Positions 37,586 to 46,160 of a stretch of DNA of 64,000 bases are shown here, piece after piece (the stretch's first letter is position 1; each line of letters starts with the position of its first letter). The position numbers and the translations under genes were made by a program. A model generated the notes under the pieces. It did no database searches. It had not been told where the DNA came from and saw nothing but the letters and a program-made list of their open reading frames with translations. The DNA is from an uncultured Spirochaetota bacterium. Its GTDB lineage: Bacteria; Spirochaetota; Spirochaetia; SZUA-6; Fen-1364. The stretch covers positions 64,001 to 128,000 of the forward strand of contig CAWJSK010000004.1 in assembly GCA_963845535.1 (NCBI GenBank), given 5' to 3'.

Positions 37586-38593
37586 GTGAGCGCCCTGACG
37601 GTATTCAGCGGCATCCAGCCCACCGGCAGCCTGACCCTGGGAAACTACCTTGGCGCAATCCGCCCGTGGGTCGATCTGCAGCGGCGGGAAGACTGCGTCT
37701 TCTCCATCGTCGACCTTCATGCCCTCACCGTGGCGCGGGAGCCCGCGGCGCTTCACCGACGGTGTCTGGACTTCGCCTGTCTCTGTATTGCTTGCGGTCT
37801 GGATCCGCGCGCGTGTATCCTGTTCCTCCAATCGCAGGTGCCGGCCCATGCAGAGCTGGCCTGGCTCCTGGGATGCTTCACGCGCATGGGTGAGCTTCAG
37901 CGGATGACCCAGTACAAGGAAAAGGCGCGGGCAAGCGCCACGCTCCTCAACGTCGGCCTCTTTACCTACCCCGTGCTCATGGCAGCCGACATCCTGCTCT
38001 ATGATGCCGAGCTCGTGCCCGTGGGTGATGACCAGAGACAGCACGTGGAGCTTGCTCGGGAGATTGCGGAGCGCTTCAATCACGCCTTCGGCCCGGTCTT
38101 CACGGTGCCGCAAGCGTTGATCGGCAAGGCGGGAGCGCGGATCCGAAGCCTCGCTGACCCCGCGCGAAAGATGTCGAAGACGGATGAGGACCCTCGAGGC
38201 TACGTGGCCCTTCTTGACCCGCCGGAGACTGTTCGCGGCAAGGTCCGGGCCGCGGTCACCGGAAGCGGACGAGGGTTCGGAGGGGAGGACACTTCTCCGG
38301 GAGTCGAGAACCTGGTTTCCATCATGGCCGCCCTGCGCGGGCTCACCCCTCAGGAGGTAGCCTCCGCGTTCGAAGGTCGCGGATACGCCGAGCTCAAGGA
38401 GGAGCTGTCGGAAACGATCAACGCCTTGCTTGCGCCGATCCAGGGCCGGTACGAGGAGCTGCGGGCGGATGAACCGGGGATACGCCTGATCCTCCAGGAA
38501 GGCGCGGGAAAGGCCAGCGCCCGAGCATCCTCGACGCTCAGGCGCGTCTATGAAGCGGTCGGGCTCGTGGGCAGGACCTCGCACTCAACCTGA
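37586..38593 (+). CDS. trpS: Tryptophanyl-tRNA synthetase
   Basis: SGIQPTGSLTLGNYLGA, VDLHALT, YPVLMAADILLY, VPVGDDQRQH and KMSKT. Confidence 0.95.
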   Translation: MSALTVFSGIQPTGSLTLGNYLGAIRPWVDLQRREDCVFSIVDLHALTVAREPAALHRRCLDFACLCIACGLDPRACILFLQSQVPAHAELAWLLGCFTRMGELQRMTQYKEKARASATLLNVGLFTYPVLMAADILLYDAELVPVGDDQRQHVELAREIAERFNHAFGPVFTVPQALIGKAGARIRSLADPARKMSKTDEDPRGYVALLDPPETVRGKVRAAVTGSGRGFGGEDTSPGVENLVSIMAALRGLTPQEVASAFEGRGYAELKEELSETINALLAPIQGRYEELRADEPGIRLILQEGAGKASARASSTLRRVYEAVGLVGRTSHST

Positions 38594-38666
38594 CGCGCGC
38601 GCCGGATTTTCTGCCCGGGCGCTGAGGATCAGCTTTCGAAGCCGGCAGGCGGCACGCAAAGAAAGA

Positions 38667-39107
38667 TCAGGCGAGCGTAACCGCTCCCACCTCGTACGCC
38701 GTTCCGCCGGCGGCTACAGTCTGGCCAATGAAACAGTGGTCTCGGGCCTCGATTGCGGCGGCTTGATACTCTTCCTGGCGGGCGGCGTCCGCACCGCGGA
38801 ACACGGGGCTCACGATGATGCGGGCGTACGTGTCATGTTGCGGGAAGCCGGTGACCACCCCTTCGGTTCTCACTGATATCTCGTTGTATGGCAGCCGTCG
38901 TTTCTGCAGGTAGGCAAGAAGGGTGAGGGAGTAGCAGGCCGTGACCGCGCTGATCAAGAGCGTCTCGGGGCTTGCCCCCGCTCCCTTGCCTCCCATGGAG
39001 GCCGGAGCTGAAAAGCGAACCGACTGGCCGTCCACGGAAATGACTCCTTCGCGATCTTTGCCGGTCCCCCGGGCTGTAGCGTCGATGAAGAAGCTGAGAT
39101 CCGCCAT
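38667..39107 (-). CDS. OsmC/Ohr-family protein
   Basis: MGGKGAGASPETLLISAVTAC and second Cys in ARDHCFI; promoter TTGCCG-17-TACTTT upstream. Confidence 0.88.
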   Translation of the reverse strand: MADLSFFIDATARGTGKDREGVISVDGQSVRFSAPASMGGKGAGASPETLLISAVTACYSLTLLAYLQKRRLPYNEISVRTEGVVTGFPQHDTYARIIVSPVFRGADAARQEEYQAAAIEARDHCFIGQTVAAGGTAYEVGAVTLA

Positions 39108-39177
39108 GACATCCTCCCGTCATTCAAAGTAGCGGCATTGGGTTCTTCCGGCAAACGCCGCCTTTGTCAGTCGGGAT

Positions 39178-39879
39178 CTACTTCTGGATGTCTTCGGCAA
39201 TAATGACAAGGTCGTTAGGATTGCGGATGACCACGCGCCCGCGGCCGGCGTCCAGGATCCCCCGGCGCTCCCATTCGCTCAGGAGCCGGCTCACCGTGAA
39301 GAGCGTGGTTCCGGTCATCTCCGCGACTTCCTGGCGGGACAGGGGCAGATCGATGAGAAGGCCCTCTTTCACCTTGCGGCCGGCCTGCGCTGCCAGGCGC
39401 ATCAGGGCGCGTGCAACTCTCCGCTCCACCCTCTCGGTAGCCAGCTCACGAAACCGATTCTGCATCTCCAGCAAGTGGGCAAACATCAGCTCGGTCATCT
39501 TCAGCCCGAGGGCGGGATCCTTGCGCGCAAGCGCGAGGAGAAACTCTCCTTTCCAGTACAGGCCGACGCTGGGCTCCATGGCCTCCGCTGATACTGGATA
39601 GGGCGCCTTGCCCCCGAGAACGGCCACGCCTCCGAAAAGCTGCCCGGGAACTATGATTCGCATGGTCACCTGCTGGCCGTCTACGGTCAGCTGGCCCATC
39701 TTCACCCGTCCGATTGCGAGGAGATACAGGTATTCGGCGGTATCTTCTTGATGAAAAAAGAACGCCCCTTTTTCCGCGGGGCGTTCCCTATAGCCTGCGC
39801 ACACCTCGCTGAGAGTTGCCGGGAGGAGCCCCAAGAAGAACTCCGTCTGGAGGACGAGCTTGTTGTAGTCTTTCGCCAC
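39178..39879 (-). CDS. Crp/Fnr-family regulator (NnrR/Dnr-like)
   Basis: YPVSAEA, ERVERRVARAL and LSRQEVAEMTGTTLFTVSRLLSEWE. Confidence 0.9.
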   Translation of the reverse strand: MAKDYNKLVLQTEFFLGLLPATLSEVCAGYRERPAEKGAFFFHQEDTAEYLYLLAIGRVKMGQLTVDGQQVTMRIIVPGQLFGGVAVLGGKAPYPVSAEAMEPSVGLYWKGEFLLALARKDPALGLKMTELMFAHLLEMQNRFRELATERVERRVARALMRLAAQAGRKVKEGLLIDLPLSRQEVAEMTGTTLFTVSRLLSEWERRGILDAGRGRVVIRNPNDLVIIAEDIQK

Positions 39880-39938
39880 CAGCGCCAGTGTAGCCTGAAA
39901 TCAGGGGGATGATCGACTCTCCGGCACCCGAGCCTCGT

Positions 39939-41223
39939 CTATGAAAGCTCCTGCGAGATGGAAATGGCCGCGATGGTGCCGTCCGCCGTGGCCGTGGTTA
40001 TCTGCCGGTAGGGCTTTGCCCGAACGTCGCCAACGGCATAGACGCCGGACAGGTTCGTGCGCATCTTCTCATCGGTGACCAGGTACCCGGCCGGGTCCCG
40101 CTGAAGCTCGCCGTGAGACGGCAGGACGTTCGGGATGAACCCCACGAAGACGAACACCCCGTTCGAGCGAAGCCCTTTGACGGAATGATCGCGCAGGTTC
40201 TCCACGGTCACCTCCATGTCCATGTCCCCGTGCCTGATGAAGGCGCGCGGCTCGTGCTCGAAGAGAAAGTCGATGCGCGGGTTCTCGAAAGCCTGCTTCT
40301 GCGCCTCTTTGTTGGCCTGCAGATTCGCGAACTGGTGCACCAGCGTGAGCTTACGCGCAAAGCGCGCAATGAAAAGCGACTCTTCCACCGCGGAGTTGCC
40401 CCCTCCTATGACCACCACGTCCTTTCCCTCGAAGAACTTCGCGTCACAGGTGGCGCAGTAGGAGATGCCGCGGCCCCGGTGCTCTTTCTCCCCGGGAACT
40501 CCAAGCGGCCGGGGGGTGGAACCCGTGGCAAGAATGACCGCGCGGGCCCGGATCGTTTCATAGCCGTCAAGGAGCATCGTCTTCCGCTCGAGGTCCAAGC
40601 CGGCCACGTCCGCCGCGGCGCGAAAGGTGACGCCGGCCTTCTTTGCCTGCTCGGTCATGAAATGGGAAAGCATGTAACCGTTCAACGCATCAGGAAACCC
40701 CGGGTAGTTGGAGACCTGGTGCGTGGTGGCCACGAACCCTCCGGGGAGGGCCGTGTCTACGATCACGGTCTTCAGGTGCGCCTGCGCAAGGTAGATGCCG
40801 GCGGTCAAGCCGGCAGGGCCGCCGCCCAGGATGAGCGCGTCCCACTCCGTGGTGATGGGGGTGATCTTCCTGCGAAGCTCTTGGACCCGGCTGGGAGGAA
40901 GCATCTGATCCAGCCGATCTGCGATCTCTGAGCGATGGATTCCTCCCGTCAGCAGACCGTCAAGCTGCTTCCCGTTGTCATAGAACAGAAGCGTCGGTGA
41001 GCTTGCCACCCCCAGGGCTTCCGCGAGCTTTTTGTTTCCCTGTCGGAAAATCTTCAAGAAGCGCACGTCCTCCCCGTAGATGCCCGGCAAGCCCTTCGTA
41101 TTTTGCGGCCAGCGCCTCGCACGGAGGACACTCGGTGGAGTAGAAGTCCAGAACGACCTTGCCTCCCGCAATCACTTCGCTGTCATACTGGTCTGCCGCT
41201 ATCTCATGAATCAGTCCCGCCAT
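39939..41223 (-). pseudogene. trxB: Thioredoxin-thioredoxin reductase fusion interrupted by a +1 frameshift near 41084 (real lesion or sequencing error)
   Basis: Frame A gives DFYSTECPPCEALAAKYEGLAG. Frame B continues IYGEDVRFLKIFRQ...SSPTL (rest of the Trx fold), then GGGPAG, CATCD, GGGNSA and GDVR. Removing one G from GCC GGG C ATC restores a single ORF. Confidence 0.85.
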
Positions 41224-42534
41224 CTAGTCTTCCTTTCCAAGGTAAAGCGATATGCCCATTTCCAAAAGCTCCCGCACAGGCCGGCAGTCGGGGGCGTTCA
41301 ACTTCCGGTCCCGGTTCTTGGCAACCGCGGCGCAACCTCCGCCGCAGGCGAGCTGAAGGGAGCAGTCCCGGCAGGCGGGGATGACGGTCACGTCCCGCTC
41401 CTGCCACTCTTCGATCAGCTCATCCCGCCTGTTGACAACCGGATAGAAGGTCCCCAGCTCCTCTCCGTCCTTGCCCACGGTGGCCGTGCAAGAGTAGATG
41501 CGGCCCGTGAAGTCGAACGCCCATTCCGTCTTGCACCCAGGACAAGAATCGAACAGCGGTTCGGGCAGCTCTCCGTTCTCCCAGAGGAACTTCGCCAGGG
41601 AGAACGCCGGCTTGTGGAGCTCCAGGATCTCGGGATGCGCCCCGACCATCTCGTACAGCTTCTCGTAGAGCTCGACGCGGCCATAGAGCCTGCTCGAATC
41701 TGCCTGGCACGTGTGCAGCTCGTAGTTTCGGCCAAGCTGCGTCTTGAAAAGCGGATTGGCCGTCCATCCCTGGTCCCGGGCAAAACGCGCAAGCTCGGGC
41801 AGACCCTCGATGTTCTCCCTGTCGAGCACGACGCGAAGATTGACGGGGATGCCGCGCCGCAGGGTCTCCTCGATGCCATGGACGATGGGTTGGAACGTGG
41901 GCAGGCCGCCTCGCAACGGCCGCCTGTGGTCATGGACGGCGCCTACTCCGTCCAGGGTGATCTGGATCTCGCGAATGGGGGCAACCTGCAGCGTGTCCAG
42001 GTAGTCGGAGAGGGTGTACCCATTGGTTACTACTGCCACTGCCAGGTTTCGCGCGGCTGCTCCCTGAAGAAACTTCCGGATGCTCTTCCGGGCGGCGTCC
42101 CCGGGCAAAAGTGGCTCTCCGCCGAAAAGTGTCAGGTACGCCGGACGGCCGGCAAACTCCTTTTCGACGTAAAGGAAAAACGCCTCGATGACGTCATCCC
42201 CCAGCGCGCCGGCATGGGGGGCGTATCCTTCCTGGTAGCAGTACGGACAGGCGAAGTTGCAGGAGTACCACGGAACGAAGAAAAGCTGCGTCTGTCCGCG
42301 ATCCCGGGAATCGAGGAAATCCAGGTATGCCGCGCGATATCTGCGGGTTTCCTCCCCAGGATCAACAAGATAGCCTTTTTGGGCCAGCTCCTGTGGATCA
42401 GAGAACGAGCCGGAGGTGATCTCCCGAGCTTTCTCAGGGCTGAGAAGGTCTGCGCTTCGGGAAAGCGGGTTGATGATGAAGGAACGCTCGGAACCCTTGA
42501 GCCTTCCCGTGATGTTGTGCTTCGACAGCACCAT
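41224..42534 (-). CDS. Radical SAM/SPASM domain enzyme (putative peptide maturase)
   Basis: CNFACPYC, FGGEPLL, VTNG and ITLDG; SPASM cysteines CPGC..YSC..CRDCSLQLACGGGC..DC; short N-terminal extension. ATG at 42534 preferred (GTG 42570 sits in a hairpin loop). Confidence 0.93.
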   Translation of the reverse strand: MVLSKHNITGRLKGSERSFIINPLSRSADLLSPEKAREITSGSFSDPQELAQKGYLVDPGEETRRYRAAYLDFLDSRDRGQTQLFFVPWYSCNFACPYCYQEGYAPHAGALGDDVIEAFFLYVEKEFAGRPAYLTLFGGEPLLPGDAARKSIRKFLQGAAARNLAVAVVTNGYTLSDYLDTLQVAPIREIQITLDGVGAVHDHRRPLRGGLPTFQPIVHGIEETLRRGIPVNLRVVLDRENIEGLPELARFARDQGWTANPLFKTQLGRNYELHTCQADSSRLYGRVELYEKLYEMVGAHPEILELHKPAFSLAKFLWENGELPEPLFDSCPGCKTEWAFDFTGRIYSCTATVGKDGEELGTFYPVVNRRDELIEEWQERDVTVIPACRDCSLQLACGGGCAAVAKNRDRKLNAPDCRPVRELLEMGISLYLGKED

Positions 42535-42550
42535 ATCTTTGCCTTTCAAG

Positions 42551-42585
42551 GCGGGCGCATCGGGGCTCACGCCCCGATGACCCGC
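42551..42585 (-). other. Strong stem-loop between the precursor peptide and maturase genes
   Basis: Minus strand GCGGG-T-CATCGGGGC-GTGA-GCCCCGATG-CG-CCCGC: 9-bp perfect upper stem with a GNRA loop. Confidence 0.8.
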
Positions 42586-42594
42586 GAGCCGGCC

Positions 42595-42690
42595 TCAGTC
42601 GTGGCAGCCGGCAACGACCGTGGAGATCTTGGCGCAGCACTGGGCAACGCCTGCCTTGGCCGCCTTCTTCGGTCTGATGAGAGATTTCAT
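42595..42690 (-). CDS. 31-aa Cys-rich putative RiPP precursor MKSLIRPKKAAKAGVAQCCAKISTVVAGCHD (absent from the ORF track)
   Basis: Strong RBS AGGAGGAGG 6 nt before the ATG; basic leader-like N-half and CC...C C-half; lies directly upstream of the SPASM enzyme. Confidence 0.85.
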   Translation of the reverse strand: MKSLIRPKKAAKAGVAQCCAKISTVVAGCHD

Positions 42691-42709
42691 GTCTCGCCTC
42701 CTCCTGGTG

Positions 42710-43372
42710 TTATTGACCGCAGCGGCATCCGCCGCGCGGTTTTGTGCCTGCAATCGTCAGGCTTACGACTTCTATCCCACGCTTTGCGTACGGCTCGCTC
42801 TCCTCCCGCACCTCCACGCCGTCGAAGCCAGCGCGCGCAAGCTGGCTGAAATACTCCTCACGCGTGACGGCCCCCGCCCAGCATTCCGCGACGGCCGCGG
42901 GGTCCTCCGCGTACTTCGCGGGGACTTCCTGCGTTGCATAAATGTCGCTCACCACGAACCTCCCGCCGGGCGCCAGGATGCGGTATATCTCATTCCACAC
43001 CGCCTGTTTGTCCGGCGCGTGGTTGATGGTGCAGTTGGAGATGACAAGGTCGACGCTGCCAGACTCAAGGGGAAGATGCTGCAGGTCCGCCTGGATGAAG
43101 CTGGCATTGGCAACCCCCAGCCTCTCGGCGCTCGCGCGCGCTTTCTTCAGCATGCCTTCGGATGCATCGATTCCATAGGCATGACCCTGATCACCAACCT
43201 CACCGGCCATGCGCAGGACGTCCCGCCCCTGCCCGCTTCCCAGGTCCACGCATACTTCACCCGCTTTTACCTTCCCGTAGCTCACCGCTCCGCCGCAAGA
43301 CAGGCAGCACGTCTCTTGAGAAAGAGCGCTATAGCGGGCATTCACCGCTTCAATTATCCCCGAGTCCTTCAC
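42710..43372 (-). CDS. arsM: ArsM-like (arsenite) SAM-dependent methyltransferase
   Basis: CCLSCGG, VDLGSGQGRD, VISNCTINHAPDK, GGRFVVSD, ECWAGA and C-terminal CRC; Cys positions parallel ArsM LGCG/SNCV/GC. GTG after AAGGAGG. Confidence 0.7.
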   Translation of the reverse strand: MKDSGIIEAVNARYSALSQETCCLSCGGAVSYGKVKAGEVCVDLGSGQGRDVLRMAGEVGDQGHAYGIDASEGMLKKARASAERLGVANASFIQADLQHLPLESGSVDLVISNCTINHAPDKQAVWNEIYRILAPGGRFVVSDIYATQEVPAKYAEDPAAVAECWAGAVTREEYFSQLARAGFDGVEVREESEPYAKRGIEVVSLTIAGTKPRGGCRCGQ

Positions 43373-43799
43373 GGGTCCCTCCTTGAAATGCAATGCTCAG
43401 CGTGGCCAGCCCATCGCGGACCGCCCGAAGCTGCTCGCGATTAAAAGCGGCCAGAAGGCGCTTCTCGCATTCGTCCTTTTTCAGCTCGATCTTCCGAAGC
43501 AGCTTTTCCCCGGCCGGGGTGAGGGATATCGAGACCGCCCGCCTGTCCGCTTCATCGAAGGTCTCTCCGACCATCCCCTTTGTCCGCAGTGCCGTGATGA
43601 GCCGGCTGGCCCGGGAAGGAGACAAGCCGATACGCCCGGCAAGCCCGCCCGCTGAAATGTTCTCCCCGGGAGAAAGAGCGCTCAGGCAGCTCACCTCGCG
43701 TGGAGCGAGGCCGCATTCCTCCCCGATCTCCTCCTCGAAACGGCAGCGCAGCTTCAACTCCATGATGTAGTCGATGAAACGCCTGTCGGCTTCCGCCAT
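43350..43799 (-). CDS. MarR-family repressor with four Cys
   Basis: wHTH LAGRIGLSPSRASRLITAL and DRRAVSISLTPAG; ATG at 43799 after AAGGAG. Confidence 0.9.
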   Translation of the reverse strand: MAEADRRFIDYIMELKLRCRFEEEIGEECGLAPREVSCLSALSPGENISAGGLAGRIGLSPSRASRLITALRTKGMVGETFDEADRRAVSISLTPAGEKLLRKIELKKDECEKRLLAAFNREQLRAVRDGLATLSIAFQGGTREGLGDN

Positions 43800-43827
43800 C
43801 GATCGTCGCTCCTTGTTTGCGTCTGTC

Positions 43828-43864
43828 AATATTTGCTTATAGCAATTAATATCCCTTCTGTCAA
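43828..43864 (-). promoter_or_regulatory. sigma70 promoter with an overlapping palindromic MarR-type operator
   Basis: TTGACA-17-TATAAG preceded by TGC; the palindrome TTGCT-TAT-AGCAA with AT-rich flanks covers the -10. Confidence 0.7.
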
Positions 43865-44004
43865 GGCTCTCTTGCTTCCGGATGAACGCTCGGTTTTCCG
43901 GCGAGCAGGAGCTCAGCGGTACCTGCTACCTGGTGGCATTTTCCATCGGGTTAGGCTTCTGAAGCGTATGGCGGCGGGAGTCCGTGGGCGCTCTCAGAGC
44001 TTGC

Positions 44005-44973
44005 CTATTCCATGGCTTCCCGCGCGGAGAGCAACGTCTCGATCTCCGCAATCTCGTCCTTCGTGAGGTCCCAGTCCGCCGCGCCCACGACCTCCCCGAC
44101 CTGCTCGGGCCGCCTGCCGCCCACGATCGCGGCCGTCACCTCGGGCCGACGAAGCACCCAGGCAATGGCCAGCTCCGCCATGCTGCGGTCGTGACGGCGC
44201 GCAATCGGCTTGAGCTTGTCCACGAGGGCGAGGTTGCGGCTCAGCGCCGGCTCGGTGAAATAGGGATTCCGGGACCGTTGGTCATCCGCAGCAAGATGAG
44301 TGACTCGTTCGCGGTTGAACGCTCCGCTCAGGAGCCCCATCTGCATGGGGCTGTACACGATGACGCCAATGCCATTCTGGGCGCAGAACGGAAGGAGCTC
44401 CCTCTCGGTCTCCCTGCGAAGCATGCTGTACGGGGGCTGGAGAGAGGTGACGGGGTGAATGGCGTGGATTCGCCGAAGCTGCTCCACGGAGAAGTTGGAG
44501 ACCCCCGCGTACCGGACCTTGCCTTCCTTCACGGCTTTCCCGATCTCGGCCCATCCCTCTTCGATCTGGGGCTCGGGCCGCGGCCAATGGACCTGGTACA
44601 GGTCGATGTAGTCGGTGGCGAGCCGGCGCAGGCTGTCCTCCAGCTCCTTTCGCACGCTGGCCGCCGACAACCTGTCCACGATCTCCTTGCTGCCGGGGTC
44701 CCATGCGCGGGCGCACTTGGTGGCGATCATGACCTTCGACCTGCGCCCCGCCAGCGCTTTCCCGACAACCTCCTCCGAATGACCCAGACCGTACACGGCC
44801 GCCGTGTCGATCCAATTGATCCCCAGCTCCAGCGCCCTGTGGACCGTCGCAATGGAATCCTCGTCATCCTGGGCCCCCCAGGCGTACTGCCAGCCGGCGC
44901 CGCCGATGGCCCACGTGCCCAGCCCAATGACGGTGATCTCAGGCCCTCGGCTTCCCAGCTTTCTCTTTCTCAT
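44005..44973 (-). CDS. Aldo/keto reductase
   Basis: GLGTWAIGG, DTAAVYGLGHSE, IATKC, IDLYQVHWP, GVSNF and YSPM. Confidence 0.93.
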   Translation of the reverse strand: MRKRKLGSRGPEITVIGLGTWAIGGAGWQYAWGAQDDEDSIATVHRALELGINWIDTAAVYGLGHSEEVVGKALAGRRSKVMIATKCARAWDPGSKEIVDRLSAASVRKELEDSLRRLATDYIDLYQVHWPRPEPQIEEGWAEIGKAVKEGKVRYAGVSNFSVEQLRRIHAIHPVTSLQPPYSMLRRETERELLPFCAQNGIGVIVYSPMQMGLLSGAFNRERVTHLAADDQRSRNPYFTEPALSRNLALVDKLKPIARRHDRSMAELAIAWVLRRPEVTAAIVGGRRPEQVGEVVGAADWDLTKDEIAEIETLLSAREAME

Positions 44974-45974
44974 GACTTTCCCTCCTGTGACCCTACGCGG
45001 ATGCTCACCCCGGTATCCGCGGCTTCCCGCGTTCGGAGGCTCAGCTCGCACACCGTGAAAGCCTCCTCCGCGCTCATGCGCAGGGGCGCGCCCGTCTCGA
45101 TGTGGCGTATGAACTCCTGGAAGATCGACACCGGTTCATCCAGCGGGAGCTTCCGCGGCGCCGCGGCGTCCGTGCACAGCGTGACCCCGGCTTCGGAGAT
45201 CTCCACGACGCCCTTTTCCCCGGCAACGCGCAGCCTGTCCTCACCGTGGGTCGGGGCTGACCGGGGCCGAAAGTAATCGAAACTGATGATCCCGGCCCCG
45301 GAGTTGGAGAGACGGAACAGACAGGCGCCGGAGCTTTCAAGCTCCCCGTGTCCCCGGTTGCCCAGGGTGGTGTGGCGCGCGGCAACCTCCACGATCTTCC
45401 CGCCGCTGAACCACTGGATCCAGTCTATTGCCTGGATGACCACCCAGGGAATGGTCCCCCCATAGGTGGCGCGGTGGGTGTACATGGCGTGCCGGGCGCC
45501 GAGCTTGAACGATTTCTGGGCCGTTATCAGGAGCGGCTCGCCAATGAAGCCGTCCCTCACGGCCCGCCATGCCGAAGAGAACTGGGGACGGTAGCGGGAG
45601 TCGAGCATCGGGCAGAGAGCGACCTTCGCCTGGGCATGCGCTCGGCGCAGCCTCTCGAGCTGCTCGAGGGAAACCGCCATGGGCTTTTCGACAAAGACGT
45701 GGATTCCGCGCGCCATGCAATCACAGGCCACAGCGGACTGCAGGAAGAAGAAGGGGGCAACCACGGCGACCTGGGGCTTTTCACGGTCCAGCATGCGGCG
45801 GTAATCATCGTAGAAGGGGATGAGGGATTCCTCCAGCCTGTCGACGAAAAAATCCCTGGCGTCTTCATCCGCAGATCCGGGGGCAATTCCAACAAAGCTC
45901 ACCTGGGGCAGCCTGTCCCGGACTTCCAGGGCAAGATCGATGTGGCCGCTCGTGCCAATGATGACCGCCTTCAC
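44970..45974 (-). CDS. Gfo/Idh/MocA-family oxidoreductase
   Basis: Rossmann-like IIGTSGH, HVFVEKPMA and GGTIPWV; GTG at 45974 after GGAGG. Confidence 0.88.
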   Translation of the reverse strand: MKAVIIGTSGHIDLALEVRDRLPQVSFVGIAPGSADEDARDFFVDRLEESLIPFYDDYRRMLDREKPQVAVVAPFFFLQSAVACDCMARGIHVFVEKPMAVSLEQLERLRRAHAQAKVALCPMLDSRYRPQFSSAWRAVRDGFIGEPLLITAQKSFKLGARHAMYTHRATYGGTIPWVVIQAIDWIQWFSGGKIVEVAARHTTLGNRGHGELESSGACLFRLSNSGAGIISFDYFRPRSAPTHGEDRLRVAGEKGVVEISEAGVTLCTDAAAPRKLPLDEPVSIFQEFIRHIETGAPLRMSAEEAFTVCELSLRTREAADTGVSIRVGSQEGKS

Positions 45975-46160
45975 GAGCCGCCTCCGTGTGCCGCCATCCC
46001 TGCCGCAGTAGGCATGTCGAGGAGTGTACCAAGTCTTTGGTGGTCGCTCCATAGAGAAAATGCCTTTCTATGGCATACTGATGAGCCCCGGTCTGCCGAC
46101 CGGCCGTCGGAATGTTCCACAAGAAAAATCGACTTAAGCTTCACAGGGAAGAGGGCTGGC

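Noticed and set aside
34663..38584. Long antisense ORFs (637 aa and 600 aa here; similar ones at 18909-20531, 26498-28132, 41080-42849 and 56172-57998)
   Set aside because: These are shadow ORFs expected in GC-rich coding DNA; each lies opposite a well-supported gene and has no motifs.
43870..44000. Fluoride-riboswitch-like words (GATGG...CTGA..CTCCTGC) upstream of marR
   Set aside because: The P1 and pseudoknot pairings cannot be formed, and the segment lies upstream of the predicted promoter.
45348..46160. N-terminal 271 aa of the 1214-aa kinase ORF
   Set aside because: It is antisense to the Gfo/Idh/MocA gene and has no domain features; the real start is ATG 46161.
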